A stretch of 63,217 bases of DNA, filler included, from Choristocarpus tenellus KU-1152 (GCA_964200185.2; 5 parts of 5 records of this genome joined end to end with filler, not necessarily neighbours in it), one strand, 5' to 3'. Shown: positions 25,412 to 40,900, numbered from the whole stretch's first letter. Notes: generated by a model not told the origin, from the sequence alone. Numbers and translations are program-made.

Positions 25412-26797
25412 TGTGCTCAATTTGGTGCGCTTGATAGCTTAGTCATATTAAACCCTATGTGTATATGATGTACTTGGAGTGAATTGAGCATGCCACTTGG
25501 GATGGCACGTTGTTCTGCACACTGATTGGATCGCTCAACTCGATGGCATGGTACCTGGGAATGTGTTATCATCTCCATCATTTCGCCTTTTCTTTGTCAC
25601 CTTAACCTTTGCCCATCCCTTCTCTCTAGGCAAATGAGTAGTCAGTGACAAAAGCAGCAGTAAAGTCTCACTTGGGAACCTTCACTCACAGTTCGTGCCC
25701 TGCGCTCAACATACCTTCATGCATGCTTGAAGCTCCCTGTTAGGTTCCATCTTGCCGTCGAACTAGCCTCGAAGGAAATTCTACGGACTGTGATGCACTG
25801 CGATCAAGGGATGGGTGGAGGAAGGCGTTATGGGAGGGATGGTGGCTAAGCTATCTGATGACCAAAATTCAAAATCGTGGCCCAGGGTATGAGTCAGGAA
25901 TTCAAGGAAATGTCTCTCGGTACAGAATGGAGGAGGGCAGCTATATCGAAAAGAGCAATTTTCATCGGCCTTGAGAGATGCCTGCCCCCCTATAGCCTCC
26001 ACGAAGGTAGATGTGCCATGATCGTGGTAGTGTTGAGGAATGCACGCACGACTCTCTCTCCCTTCGTCAATGTTGGCGCGATCGGAGTCCAACGTCACTT
26101 CCCCCTTCGAACAAAGGTTGCGTCTAGTCGTTGTGGGGCAAAATGATATTTTAACATATGTTCCCACTAACGGATATCATCCACCAGATTACTTTCCCAA
26201 GTGGCGAAGTGTGCGATCTAGGTGCACGACACAGCCATTCCTTTCTACTAATCCCGCCAATTCAAACCTCAGTCAAAGTAGCCTCATATCCAGATCTGGA
26301 TCCATCTGCTTGGAACACCAGTAGCCCATCTCAACCATTTTGATTTACGGATCATGTTCTTTGTTTCGATCGTGCTTCTAAGGGGTAAGGGGAGGGACTT
26401 GTGTCCATTCTGCAAGATAAGCTTTCCCCTACCATGTGGAAGTTGTCATTGGGCTTCGTTAGGTACGCACGGTTGAAGGCAACGGCAAGGAGTTGATTCA
26501 CCTTAGGTAGTGCAGGAGGTTGATGGAACGATGACGAACGGGAGTAGGTGAGAGTAATATTTACGATGCAGAATCCGATCTTTGTCTGTCTTGTCCCGTG
26601 GTGTCCCTCGTCGTCTCGATACCTTTGTGTACCTGATTCTCTGAAGTTGAAGAGTGTCGGTTGAAACAATATAATCTTTTTTGGAAGAGACATTTCAAAC
26701 ATACTGTATCCAGAAGGCGTGTTTGAGATGTGGATGGGAGAGAAATATGTTGTAGAGGGGTGGGTGTGTTGTTGAGGTATTGGTCCAGCTGCTAAGG

Positions 26798-26800
<3 letters not shown>

Positions 26801-26832
<32 letters not shown>
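26801..26832. repeat. (AG)16 microsatellite
   Basis: Direct reading. Confidence 0.95.
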
Positions 26833-26835
<3 letters not shown>

Positions 26836-28137
26836 CTCACTATGGGGCATGTGCATCTGAGGTCTTGCGAAGGCTCCATTGATATGAGAAAGAGTGCCAT
26901 CCCTCTTGATGGCGTGAGATGAATGTAGTTGACCCGTGAAGCGTTTTGGGAAGGGCAACCAGGTGGACTTCACCGAGGGACCGGGAAACACACTGTGTTA
27001 GCGATTTTGATTTTCGAGTGGTTGAGTGGCGGGGATAGGATCTGACTTGTTGCGTATGAGTCCCTCGGACATTGGAGATTGTGTATATGAAAGACCACCT
27101 ACTGTTTCGCTGAAGTGGGAGAGGCGAGGGTGATACTGACAGATATGGAATGACCGCTCTAGAGAGGCGAGCACTTCCAGTAACAAGGTCAGTGCATGCA
27201 GTAGTGCAATCTATCTACCCCATCCCGGCGCAGACGTTACATAAATGCTTATGACATTAATATCGTTGACATTGAAGTTGTGAAGATGACCTTGCTGTTC
27301 AGGACGGTGTTGTTGTTGGGTTCACTACTTGTACTATAGAAATAGTGTGGTAGAATCAATAGTATTACGTAGTAGTAGTAGTAGTAGTTGATACTGTTTT
27401 ATTTTATCGTCAGTAGTGCAGTCCCTACATATATTTGTGAAAAGGTCAGAACGCGTACAGTGAGCTACAGTGGTGCTATTGATCGTTGTCTCCCTCCTTG
27501 AACAGTGCAATACCAGAAATTACGAGAAGCATGTAGTATGATAGCTAAATCACCGACGACTTATGGATGTGTCAAAAAGTAGGAGTGTTGTTGAGATGGT
27601 GTGGTTGACTGGATGACGAGGTCGTAGTGATGTTGTATAATGCGGGGTTTGTGTAAGAACATGTCCTCCTTGAAATCATCTTCCTAGAATTCTACTCTTC
27701 TTTGCCACACTGGTTACAAAATCCGTCCGTAACCCCTTATGAAGCTTGGTAAAAATATTTACATCCATGTGCATTTGCTCCACTGCAATTTGGAGATTCA
27801 TCCAGGAGTGGTATTTTTGGGAACCAAGATGATGAATCAGAAGGCTTAACAAGACAGTAAGCCCATAACCCATATATCGCTCCCCTCGCAACTTTCAGAA
27901 CCTACCCACCATAGGATTCATTGTTCATCATATTCTGAGATCGAAACCAATCAAAGTACTGCAGATCAACTTTAACTTACCTCACCCCCTCACCCCCTTA
28001 CCCTATCTATACACATCACCTATTGTTAGGTAGTAACAGTATTTATTATGTGTCTAACTTGTGGTGAAGGCACACTGCCTGAGGATCGAAGCAACATTTT
28101 CATTACCATTATCATTGTGGAAGTGGAGGAGGTTTGT

Positions 28138-28867
28138 CACTGACTATATATCGTGTTTCATCTTTTTTGTTATGATCCCATGGAAGAAGTGCGACACTCG
28201 ATTTTTGTTGGCTACTACCTATTAACAAATTTTCTTGTTTTGTTCTCATTTTGACGTGCATATGTACGCCAGCCAGTTTCGGAAAAAATGATGCCAACAA
28301 TGTTTGAAGAACACGCCTGCTTTCATCTCTTCCAATAACCTTTTGAACAGGTTTGGTGAAGGAGGCAGACTGCATAATGTTTCTCTGGGAATTCCTTGAT
28401 TGCTTTTCTGGTACAGGGCATGGCTTCTGAATTATCCGCATTTGTGTTAGAGGGTGGGTGGGGTTGGCTTATTGTTAGGCCTAGCATCACCAAACGGGAG
28501 AATAGTTTATGCATGTGGTGTTCTATTGATAGATAGACGTGGTGCAAGACAGAGATGCACGTGTGAGTATTTTTCACAACCTCTCTTCTGCAGTGACATG
28601 CGAGTTTATCGGGGATGTGAAACGTGTATACCTCACCTCTCCGTTAGTATGACTCTTGGGGAGGGCAGAAAGGGGTAAGGAGTGTCCTTGACTGATCAGT
28701 GCTGTAAGAGATCCTATCCTGTTGATATTTTGTGGAGTGTCATCTCTTCAATAAAGTTCTGACATTTGTGTTCTCTCCAAATGAGAAGAACAAATATATG
28801 ATGTCTCTCTATGTTGTACCTTGCAACGTACACCTCACTATAGAAATCTCCTCATTATCAGATTCAG
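28138..28867. repeat. Copy 2 of the ~720-bp direct repeat
   Basis: Colinear with 18619-19336. Confidence 0.95.
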
Positions 28868-31800
28868 GTGGGACAAAATGGTGTCCATGGAATATGTTGT
28901 CCCTTGGGAAGCCCAAGAAAGAATCATTTTGAATTCCGTGAAGGTGTGCCGAGATATATATGAAAGAAATGTTGAAGTTTACTTCAGAGAGCTTTCTGGA
29001 GGCTAGGGGTTGTGGGGGTGACTGGGAAAAATGTCAAAAGGTATCATTTCCTCCCCTACACTTCAATCTTCATATTTTCAGTGTTTCCTGTTAATTGTAG
29101 CACGCGCTCAATTGATGTTTCTACGACCCTTAAGTCTTGTATAATCCATCACTCGCCTCTCTTTGTATAATCTTCACCCCTGAAGTACATCTACAAACAT
29201 GCAATATATATATATATATAGCTCCTTCATTGCCAACCTCATTGTCCAGCCAATGCACTATTACTTCAAGACACAGGACCATCTCTGACAATAAGCAGGT
29301 GGATTGCGACTGAGGTTTGTCAATGGTGCAGTTGTACGTTTGATAGTGGATAGTGAGATAGAAATCCTTCGATAACTTCAAGGTTCATGGGTATTAACAC
29401 AATACAAGGGAAAACCAGTGAAACAGCTGCTGGGATGTGGTAGAATCCAGTGAGTCTGGAAATTTATATCATCTCTTTTGCTCTAATGATAAATGTATTG
29501 TTGAATCTATGTAGCAGGAACCCCCTTGAGGTTCAAAAGGGGAGAGGAGGATGAATGTAGTGTCATGTACTAGTGAGTGAGTGTGCCCGTGTGGTCGTAA
29601 TTACAACAGACACTCATCATGACGTCATTTTATGGATACTAACTAGGAGGATGAATGTTGGCTGATACTGTGGAGTCAGAGTTGAATTAAATATATCTTC
29701 AGTCAGTTTTCTCTTTATGATAATTCCACAACTTTATCTTGAGTTATAAATACTTGTATATAGAAGATATGGTTAAGACATACCAAATATGTCTCTCAAC
29801 ATCAAAAGGTACATTGCATTCCATTTCAGTCCACATTCTAGATTATGACGAATGAAAATACCCGCAACAAAAAATACAAGAAAATATTCAATCTATTGGT
29901 TCATTATTGGGAGGACTTGTTCTAAACACCAACCCTAAACTACGGCTAGAATCATGGCAAGATGAGGAGGAAGGTGACATGTAATAATAAGAAACGTTTA
30001 GACTGTGATAATCTCGTCAAGTAAATCGTGTGCATTTACTCCACAAACTCCCCTCCCCCATCTCCACAATGTTGATATATCTCAAACCTCAAAACTCTAA
30101 TCTACTGAAAATCACAGATAGGTATAGCCAGGATTCTTGAGGAATCAATGCACACCTCAACGCTCTCTCTTATTGAACCTGAGATTAAACCATTGAAAGA
30201 TACACGTTGTGGGAAAGAGTGCAACAGTGTATCCATCTAGGTTCTTACTAATCTTCCTGAACAATCAAATACGGATCTTTTATGGAGTGACAAGGATGCT
30301 ACTGTACAAGATTTCAGAAGAATAGACATTCAAGTACATCATGTGAACAATCCACCAATGATAGAAGTGGTCTCCAAGTACATTCAAGTACAAGTGATTA
30401 ACCTGTCACAGGTAACAACACAACTAGGTCTCTACGCACTTGTGAGCTGGAAAAAACAGAAAAGTGTGTTTTGCGTGTTTGTACCAATCAACATAACAAT
30501 TCATTGGTTTCCCATTCATCGACAGAATTATACTATGGCTTCCTTTTTCTGGTACATAATTGAGCTCCAGGCACCCGCTCCTCTTCAAGCAACCAACAGC
30601 TACCTAAGACTGCAATAGTCTCAAGTCCTTACAAAAAAAAGGTACTGGACACGCCAAAGCAAACCAGAGCACTCCAGGGATTAGGTAAAGCAGAATCAAT
30701 TTCGCTCGGTTTCCCCAGTCACAGCAAGCCTGAACAGTATGCAGATAGTTGCAGTCATCTATTGCTACTCCTCCCTCATTAATCACTTCCGCAGGTTCAT
30801 GGCCGTCTGACAAAAAAAGGTATAGGCAGGGTGACCAAGTAGGGTGGGGGTGGAGTTGTGGATTCATTTAGGGCTATAGGCTGGACAGATCAATTTTGAA
30901 CTAGATATTTCAGATCAAGTTCCTCATGGGGTTAACAGGAGTGTGAAAAGAGCACTTGTTGACACCATAACAACCAATGATGAAGGAAGGACCGCCACTA
31001 CATAAACTACATTCCCACATAATATGGGGTTTATAGTGATTTCAATACACTTGAACAAAATGACTATGCATCAAAATAAGAGTAGGACAAAAAAACTCCT
31101 AATACGTTACCAAAGGTACCATCAATGCTGATGTGATACTTCGATTTGGCGGTCGAAGTCGGAAAAACTATTGAGTCAATGCTGGATTTAGTGCTCGCAG
31201 GAAGTTCATTTGTCTCAGTAGTTCTCTCTAACTAATATAAGATGAAATACTTTCCACAACTCAGAATAGTGTGACCTTGACTAAGAAATATGACTTGTTT
31301 GGCATACGAGTTACGATCCCACACTGCTTCGGAAAAAGAGGATATTAATTGTTGAGTGAAAAAAAGAGTTAATAAAATATCAATAACACAGTTTTTTTTG
31401 GTACTGAATTAATTGAAGATGATGAGTTCAAGGTCCAGATTTTTTTTGAAACGCTTTATTACTTCAGGAGATCATCCCCGCGAAAGCACATCAGTAATCG
31501 AGCTCTCCTTCCCATGTACTACAGAGAAATAACTCGAGGAAAAAATTTCGTCCTTTATTAAAAATACACCAAAAACAAACATTAGACTTTCCAGATGGAA
31601 TAATAGTTGTTGGGTCGTGGGTAGTGGAAGTTACTACTGGAGATGTAGTTTAGAGTTGAGGCTTTCCTTACCTCTCTTAAGCCAGAATGTAGTGCAGAAT
31701 GATGGTATACCCGAACTGTTTCATGGGGAAACTGTCAACAACCTCCATATCTCTTGGCATTTTATGCCACTTTTTGCATTGCCCTCCACGCTAGCCAATC

Positions 31801-34800
31801 CCTTCTCCTCAATATTATACCTGGTGTATTTGATTGTTGGCACATCGGAGACGATTTTATCATGACCATTCCCGCCTATTCTAGAAGCAGGATATCAAAG
31901 GTCAAACCAATCTCATCAATAAACCAACCTATAGCCGGATCACAACATTGTATTTCTTCTGCAAACTACTCTGGAGTATCAAAGTACTATTAACAACCGT
32001 GGTGCTAAAGTTTGATTTTATTTCGAAGGCGTTTTCAGGCAATTCATGAAAACACACAAGCACACTCAGAAAGTCATCTCCCATGCAAATAACCTACCTC
32101 TTTACCTTACCTGAGGGACAGTCACATACATGTTAAACCTTGTACCCAATTCGAAACAACTTGCCTCAAGAAAGCATCAAAGACCCAGGGCAAAAGACAA
32201 CGTAACAGCGTTGTCCGCAAACGTCAAAACATGTAATAGCATTATGCTATCAGCCTCTATCTTCTCTTGTTTCAACTACTCTTTTCACCACAGTGCTCAC
32301 CACTCACGTCTCTCCTGCTTTTCTTTACATTAGCCCTTGATAAAATAAACAAATCCTAACCCTCATAGGTCTGTGCCTTAGAGTCATTACCTCATCTAAA
32401 CTGGTCTTCGGGATTGTCCTCGTCATCTAGGAACAACCTTGGCACCAAGCATAAGAATGTCAATGTACGGTTGCATCGATATCTTTTGAGACACCAATGG
32501 TCGAGACCATAGCTTCTGGATCTCCCTCTCATGGAGGCGTGCATGACTTCGAGGCCGTGCATATGGTGAAGACTGCTTTACTTTGTGTATTGATGGGTGT
32601 TCCGAAATTTTGTAGAGAAAGCTGTACTTTGCACACACACTCTCATTGTGCATTCAAGGTCTCACTTTTTAGTCACTCGCTTTTCCATTACTATCACCAT
32701 TTTCAGGTTCAGTTTCTATCAAGTTCTTACACAAATCAAGGTGGTTGCAGCTTGCCCATCACTACAGCTCCTCCACTTCAAGACCAAGCAGTCAGCATAG
32801 CAACCACAAGATATAATCTGATCAAAGCATGAACCGTGAATAGTCCACATGTTTATAGGGGGGGATAACCGCCCTAGTCCAGCTTTCTAAGTGCAATCCA
32901 ATCCTCCAGTATCTACCTTTGCTTTGCTCAAACTATGCCTCAAAAAATGGAAAAAACAAGCACACTGCACAGACAGGCATACAACCTTCCAAGGATCTGA
33001 CCAATCATGGTTACGTGACAAGGAAACCACCTTCAAGACTCTTCCTTGCAATTAGCTGTCACAGGTGTGGCCTATACTCTCTTAAGAATGTTCGTATGTG
33101 AGAATAGATAAGGTAACAGCCACTAGCTGGATCTGGTAGGAACGAACATTGACTTGAGAATCTTTTATCTTGTGCTCATGCATAGACAACGAGGTCAGGT
33201 GCTAAGCAATGATGAAGATTTGTCCACCGATTGGCAGGCAGACGAGGGTGTTTTGTTAGCCCTTGTCCGCTGGGAAAGCCTTCCCATATTTGGGGAAAAC
33301 CCTACACGTATTTCACATACAATATCTGTGTGATGCAATCCACTCCACCAAGCCAAACATCCACGCCAACAAGAGACAGCAAACTGATGAACCAACCATT
33401 CACGTGCAAACTGTGAGCCTGCTAGGTTCGGAGTGACGAGGCAGCAATGATTTACCAGTGTTTTCAGGGTGGATCAGAAATCAACTTTTTGCATTGCAAA
33501 TATTCCGATATATCACTCCAATATATACAAATTGCGGTCAAAGGACAGCAGAAAGCCAAGAACTCACTTGCGGGCGCTCCAAGGCTCCCTCTGCCATGAA
33601 TTGACTCAAGGTAGTGAATGCGTCACTCAGCAACCTGTAGTAGAAGACAATGTTTTTGGCCTCAAGTTACCACACAAAGTGACATCACCCTTTGTGTTTT
33701 TCTAAAGAATTGTCTCTCATGATGGTCATCGACAAACTCCACGTCCCCACCTCGGAGATGCTCCTTCATAGTGAGTACTGACTTCCACTCGCCTGAAGCC
33801 ACACACACTAAAAACTCTATTAGGGAGATAATCCTTATTGTTTCACCTGTTAAAAGTACAAACTTTGACAGTAATTACAGGAGGTTCTTGTTCCTGCACC
33901 ATCCCCATCCTATGTCTGTCCCTTCATTACCAACTGTCCATCCCTCCTCTCCTCTCCCACCAGATGACCCACAATTACCATCAGTTGCCCCAACAGTTTC
34001 ACCACAATAATCCCCGCCAATACCTATTGCTTCAAACCCCTCATTAAGAGGCGAGAGTTTCCCTAGCCCTGTAATGGCAAGCTCCTTGTCTGGTATAGCA
34101 ACGCTCTGACCACTTCTGGTTGACATACCCATCTCCACTCTTGTACAGACTAGGCTCACTACATAAGGAGTGCTGTGCTGGCTATAATGTCAAGTTGACT
34201 GTAGACTTTTAGCCCCAAGTGATTGTATCAGTTTCCCTTGTGTGTATTAATTGTAGTATCTAGTCAACTTCAGATGAGGTAGTGAGCCATCCTCCATATC
34301 ATGGACTTCTACTCTCTATAGACAATTATGTCCAACGTGATGACAACCAAATTGTACAGTATTGCAGAATAAAATATCCCCAACTGTACAATGCAAAAGG
34401 TGCTCCAAAACCATCTTCTACTAGACATACTGTGAACGGTGTATGAAGTCAAACTGTAACATAAGTCTTCACACATCGTTGATATATACTAGTATGTCGT
34501 ATCACGTAACAATTCAAGCATAAATATTAACATGTTCAATCTGAGTGATAGCAGTATGTTGCGTCTTTGTCCCATACACAAAACACACTGTGCTTGTTAT
34601 GTTCTTGAAATGCATGCTCATGCTTTTGCGACAAAACAATGTTGGCAAGGCCGTGACCTATGAAATACTTTGAAGAGAGGAAGCACTCAATTTGATTTCC
34701 TCAGCACATAAGGGAGCCACATGCCGCAAGCACTTCAATGCAGCATACTATCGACACTATGGTCCATACTAAAAATTACTTCAAACTATGTCCAAAATAA

Positions 34801-34984
34801 TCACAGCATGCCCCAGAGCCCAAACCTCTCCAAGTCCCTCATGGAATTCGTTGAGCTTTTTACCACTCTCAGATTAAAAAAAATAGATTTGACTTCCAAC
34901 TTCAGTGGACTCTTGTCTATAATTCAACTGAAGACTTGGGAACTTAACACTACTACACAGACATTTTGAGAAGTTTAGACTAGT

Positions 34985-37900
34985 CTATTCGATCTCCTCA
35001 TCGCCCACCCACGCTAGCCAAAGTACACACCCCATCACATAACTGCAAGTAAACAAACCAAAAACCGCCTCCCAAGAATTGTACGTTTCCAGAATCCATC
35101 CACAGAGCGGCACCCTGACAAAACAAAATAACATGATGGGTCGGGCAGATAGACAAGGAAAAGAAGAGTCAAAGGAATGAACCACTTGATTGTGTTCAGA
35201 GTATCATTTTCACTGGGGTGGAAATGTGATGACAGTCAAGAGAGTGAAACTAGAGACAAAAGCCAAAGTTGCATTTGGTCCAGCATGACCACAGTTATGC
35301 AGTCAAGTAAGGGAAGAGTACATCACGCTTTTCTTCAATAGGGTATCAAAATATCATGCTAGAAGAACGATCACCTCCTTGCCAACCAACTCGGCAGCAG
35401 ATCTCCGTTCACAACTAAACGTTGCAACAACTTAAAGGTCAAGAACTATATATAGAGGGAAGAAATTTCTGTAGCATATGATACACTCCAGGGTTACTTA
35501 GTTGAGGTGAACATCTCTTCTACCTACGGATACCTTAAATCTTGAAGTACTGTACCAGAGAGGCTGACTCACGTGAGCAGGCCGGCCATGGTGGCTGCAG
35601 TATTTCCAGCACCAAACACTACCCCAGCGCTCTTGGGAGCTATGTCTGAATGGAAGAGTTAGTGCCAAGAAACCAAGCGCAAAACAAACACCTTTGTTTA
35701 GTGTGAATTGGATAGATAATTGAGAAGCTCTAGGTATTGTAGGATGCTGCTGTTTTGCACTCCAGTCCAACTGTCTTTCAACACTGCCAACCTTCTGTCG
35801 CGATCTGGAACCAAAACAAAATAATCACCAAGTTAGAAGCTCTGTAGAATATTCCTACTATGAGTACATAGCGCTCAGAGCGAAAGTTTAACTGTTATGC
35901 ACATGCTACTCTGGTTATCCTCCTCAGCATCAAAAATGAAGGGTACAATATGAAGGGCATGTAAGATGTCCAAACTAAAACTGGAGGATAAGCAAGGAAG
36001 GAAGTACAGCATACATCAGGTTTTACATGGAGGTTGGATAAGTTCAGGTTTTCCAGAAAAAACTCCATTGCAGTCTCAAAAGCAAACAGAGAGCAACAGT
36101 CGAGTGGATAGTCATTTGAACATTCTTCTCTTACCTAGATGATTAACTGAGACCCCAGCAAGGGTCAAAGCGCTCATTCCCAAACCCAGGACAATTAAGG
36201 AGACCCTGCACACAGTTGCACAACATCAAAAAGGTACACACAGAGACACATGACATACAGCAGGCATACATGTTGAAAAAAATTGTATAACCGGTACTAA
36301 GCAAGAGTTAGCGTGTTAATGCAATCCAATACTGAAGAGTTGGGAGAGGAACTGATGAGGAAGTAGACAAGAAACCCAAGTATTTGAGAAATTGATGCAT
36401 TGACAAAAACCAAATGTATGCTTACATTAACACAGCTGCATCTAGAGTGTGCAACATGTTTTATATTCCTGAAACATGACGTAGATTTTCTTTGTGTGTT
36501 TGAGGCAAAGTCCATTAGAGTTGTCTCTTTTACTTCACAATGAACATATATACACTGCATGATTATCAAGTGGTTTCTATAGCACCACCACAGCATACAC
36601 CCCCTTTGCATGCCCAGAAAAATGTCTCATGACAGAGCTATCAACCACACATGTGGAGCAAAATGGAAAAAAACTCATAACATAGAACAGCATTCCTATC
36701 CTATACTGGAAGAAGAGTCAAGACAGTTAAGTAATACATACACCTCCACCCTCTCACTTCCATTCCACCAGAACTCCAATGAACCCTGCTTTCATCTATC
36801 CAGCGTCACCCAAAGAACATGGCGTTTACCACCTACCCTGTCTCTGCCTGCTCTGCTGACACTGCCGCAGCAAGACAAAAAGCCGGTCCTGCCATCCCCA
36901 GCACCTGAAACACCTGTCTGACTGTCTTTACGCGACAGCCCTGGTCACGGATGAGAGCATCTGCAGCTGCTCCAGCAGCAACACCCACAACAGCCTATTT
37001 GTAGTGTAAAGACTAAATGTGAGGAAGGAGGTGCCAAGACACTACAGAGGTCTAGAGCAGCATGCCACAAAGGGGACAATGAGCACATTGGACTGTTGGG
37101 ATTATTGCATGGGAACAACAGGGTGTTGTGTGGGGGTGGTTCGAGATGACCCTGCTATGGCTGAGGACATCTATCTATGAACAGTGAAAAATCTACAAGT
37201 GCTACATACATGCGCATTTCCTCTGCAGGATGCTCAGTAGACACAAATTTTACTCAAACATAGGTGCAGCCAGTAGGTGTTAGAGGTTGCAGCCACAACA
37301 GAGAAGAGTAGGAAGAACAGGGTGAAGTCAGGCACTCAACAAACCTGAAGGGCATATGGTGCAGCAGAAAGAGCTGCCATCTCTGCAGAATCTGAGCCCA
37401 GCCCCCTTTCATCATGGAGGTAAGAGGGCAGCCAGCTCAATAGGCCATACATGCCCACAGACTGGGTGAACTGTGCGGAGAGGATTGCCCACACCTGTTG
37501 CAGGCAAAAATCAGGGTAAGTATTCAGCAGATAAGGAGGTTGGTGGTCCAAGTGATGCCCCAGAAATCTAGTTGAAACCAGTAAGTTTGAGTAGTAATGT
37601 ACCACATAGCCTTAGTTGAGAGCACTGTGAAACATATCCAGAGCTCTGAGCAGGTACTTCACAGTGTGTTTTTGGGGTCCACATAAATGTAGTGGGAACT
37701 ACAGATTAAGACTCAAATCCGGACCTCATTCTGTGAGACAAGTGGCAACCATGCCGGGTCCCAAAATGGCACTGTGCCTCAGTCAAGACCTGGGACTAGC
37801 GCTGTGGCCTAAGCATGAGTGCTATAGGATCAATGTGACCTATGGACTTGGAGGTCTGACTGGACCTGATGGTCACATGACAGGTAGTCACCATCCATAT

Positions 37901-40900
37901 ACTCCACAATTCCTAGTAGGATCTTAAATTTTCAACTCATCTTCCTTCAATGTTCGACAATGTTACCATCAACCTCCACAGTCCTTGGTCTACCTTGTAT
38001 CCGGTTTGAAGACCATCAGATGCAGATTGCAGTTCAATAGTCTCCAGCAATTATAGGATACACAAAAAAATCAAGATATACTGTAGACAGATCTACCAGC
38101 ACGTGCAACCAAATAACACAAAGTACTGTTCTTCTCAATCAGCATGAACCTTGGGGGGAGAAGGCATCAACACCCTATGGCAGGGTTGCCTTGCCTCTTT
38201 TCTTGCACAAAGTTGCTTGGCTACCTCCCTGAGATCTTCTACCTCACGTACAAACTGCAACTTCCAGTCCTTGTCCCCTTCTTCATGGCGTCCTTCTGTG
38301 AGGGAAGTCGGCACTCTTGGGGTGGACATCACACTCCCTGCAATCTCTATCGTCAATATTTGAATTGAGTGGTAGGTTAGGGATGAGTGATGGCAGAGTA
38401 ATTAGGGAGAGGGTGGATGGAAAGACAGGGTCCAGAGTCCCTGGGCAGAAAATATTAAGCACCACGGGAAGAGGGGAAGAACAGGAAGGCATCTCATAGT
38501 AAGAATATATGAACAGGAAAGGAATCGTTGGTAATGTACTGAGTCATCTTGTTTCAGGCATTTGTTGGAATTGCAATTAGTGCTGAACTTTGCTTGTACA
38601 GGGTAGTAGATACACCAATCACCTTGACATGCACACAAAATACCAGCAAAGCAAACATAATCACATACGCACAAAACACATCCTTGACATGGCGTACTTT
38701 CAACGCCATTAATCCTGATGAACCTTGTCACCCCCTAGCACACACACCACAAACCTATGCACCCAACATAGAATACCCCCTGATGCTGTTGCATTTTACC
38801 ATCAAGACAAACAAAGGTCACCCTATTCCATCTCCACCCTTGCTCACACCATTTCCCTTCTGCTGGTAAAGGAGCCAACCAGGGAGGATGAGGAACGACA
38901 CGCCCCCGAAGCAATAGAAAACTGATTCCCATCCCTGCGCGTGGATAAGGACAGGGGATACTGCAAACGCCACCAGCGCTCCAGCATAACTGGCAGCAGT
39001 CACAATTCCCACCTGTCTCACCAAAGGCCCCATTGCCACACATATAAAATTGAACACAAGCAAATGAGCAGCCAGAAGCAAACATGCCGAGGTTAGGTTC
39101 TACCACTCACAGCACATACAAACCAAGCTTGGTTCCTTCCTGGGGGGGCTTCACCTATGAAGTGTTTTTCATACTACTGGGTATGTGACCACTCTTGGTT
39201 TTGTTGTAGATATCTCAAGGAGTTCAACATTCATCACTGAGTTTGCCCAAGATGAACACTCAACTCAACCTACCTCATCTGACTCCAGGAGGTGAGAGCT
39301 GGCAGCATCATTGCAGATAGTTGTGCTTGGCAAGGGCAGCATAACGTAACATTTCAATGTTAGTATTGCTTACACCTTCTCATTCCCAAGGGTTGCGAAT
39401 GTGTCTCAGTAGCAAGATAACCAGTGTGTGCAAACCTGTCTACTCTGATACATTTGTATCAGTCACAAACTCTAACTCTGCGTAGAGTTGTCTATTTCAC
39501 ATTACATAGGTTCAATAGCAGCTCTAAGATACTGACACAAGAATTCAATATGATTACAGCTTTCTCATGGCTGTTAAGAAGTACTTGCACATCATTGTAT
39601 GGCATATTATCTCCTGCCGTTGGTAATTTCCTCTCACAATGGTAGACTGGCTCTCTCTTGGAACATCCGTGGCAATCATGGCATGCACTGAAGGAAAGGC
39701 AAATCCCTCACCCAGACCTAGTCCCACCCTGCCATATCAGGGTATGCATGGGTGTGACACCATGTTGAACTAACAAAGCAGTATAATTGGAGGAGAAAGT
39801 AACTAGGTTTATCTTGAAATGAATTAGTCACGGAGGGTGACTGAGTGCAAACATTGGGAGCACAGACTGGTGAGAGTATGTGTCGTGCTAGTGTGCAGGC
39901 GGTGATACACAGCACTAAAGTATCGACCAGTGTACAGAGTTCCCTACACAGTCACACACAATACACCACCAGAAAGTAAGTCAGTTGTCAGTTTGCTCTA
40001 GAAGATTGGAATCACTTCTGTAATGTGCCACGCTAAGCAGAGGGTACACTTTGCAAGCAAAGGCTAATGTATTTGAGGTAGGATGGGGTAGGTCAAGGGA
40101 ACGTGGGGGGAGATAGCATGATTGTTATGGTATCCCAAGTCAATCTGTTTTCAGGAAATAACCTCTAGGAGAAGCTAGATACGACTCCTCTCCCAAATTC
40201 GTAGCTTAGTCTGTCCTCAGGCAGCCTTCAACATCACACCCTGCAAAGACCATCACACCTTAGATGAATGTGTATGCAAGCTACTGGTCTCTCTTATCGT
40301 TCAGCACAACGGCCCTTCACAACAATAGCAACTACCTTGGGGTTACTTCTTGCCTGACTGCAATCAGAGGTGCAGGGCCTGCAGAGGCGGCAAGGGGTGT
40401 GACAAGAGTAAAGGCACTCCATGCAAAGAGACTAGCCATCAAAGTCATCCGCCCCCCGTATTGGTCCGCCAGCCATCCACCGATAAGCTGGGGTCCCGAC
40501 AGAGGTGGAATACATCAAAACATTACCCCCGATTCATCCATCCAGATCAGGTGTAGGTCAAGTGGCAACCACAAAAATGACAAAAGAAGCAGGGAGAAAG
40601 TGCAGCAGGTGGGTCATGCCGCATTGTCAGCACACGTGTACTTTCAATCTCTATAGTTGCAGAACCTTGAGTTGAAAGTTCCCCCATGGAATTTTGCCCA
40701 GAAGAGTTTCAACGATCCATCTCTCTCAAGGTGCATAAAATATTGAGCGCAAGACTGCCTTGTTGTGTGGTAAGAACGCAACTGCTTCTGCGGTGTCCTG
40801 CGCTCATCAGACTGTGGATATCCCACCGTGAAATGCTGCATACAAGCTCAGAAATCTACCCGCCATACCTGAGTGAGTGCATATCCCAAGAAGAATGCCG

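Noticed and set aside
26352-26900. 182-aa ORF with an SLSLSL tract
   Set aside because: It spans the (AG)16 microsatellite and has no recognisable domain.
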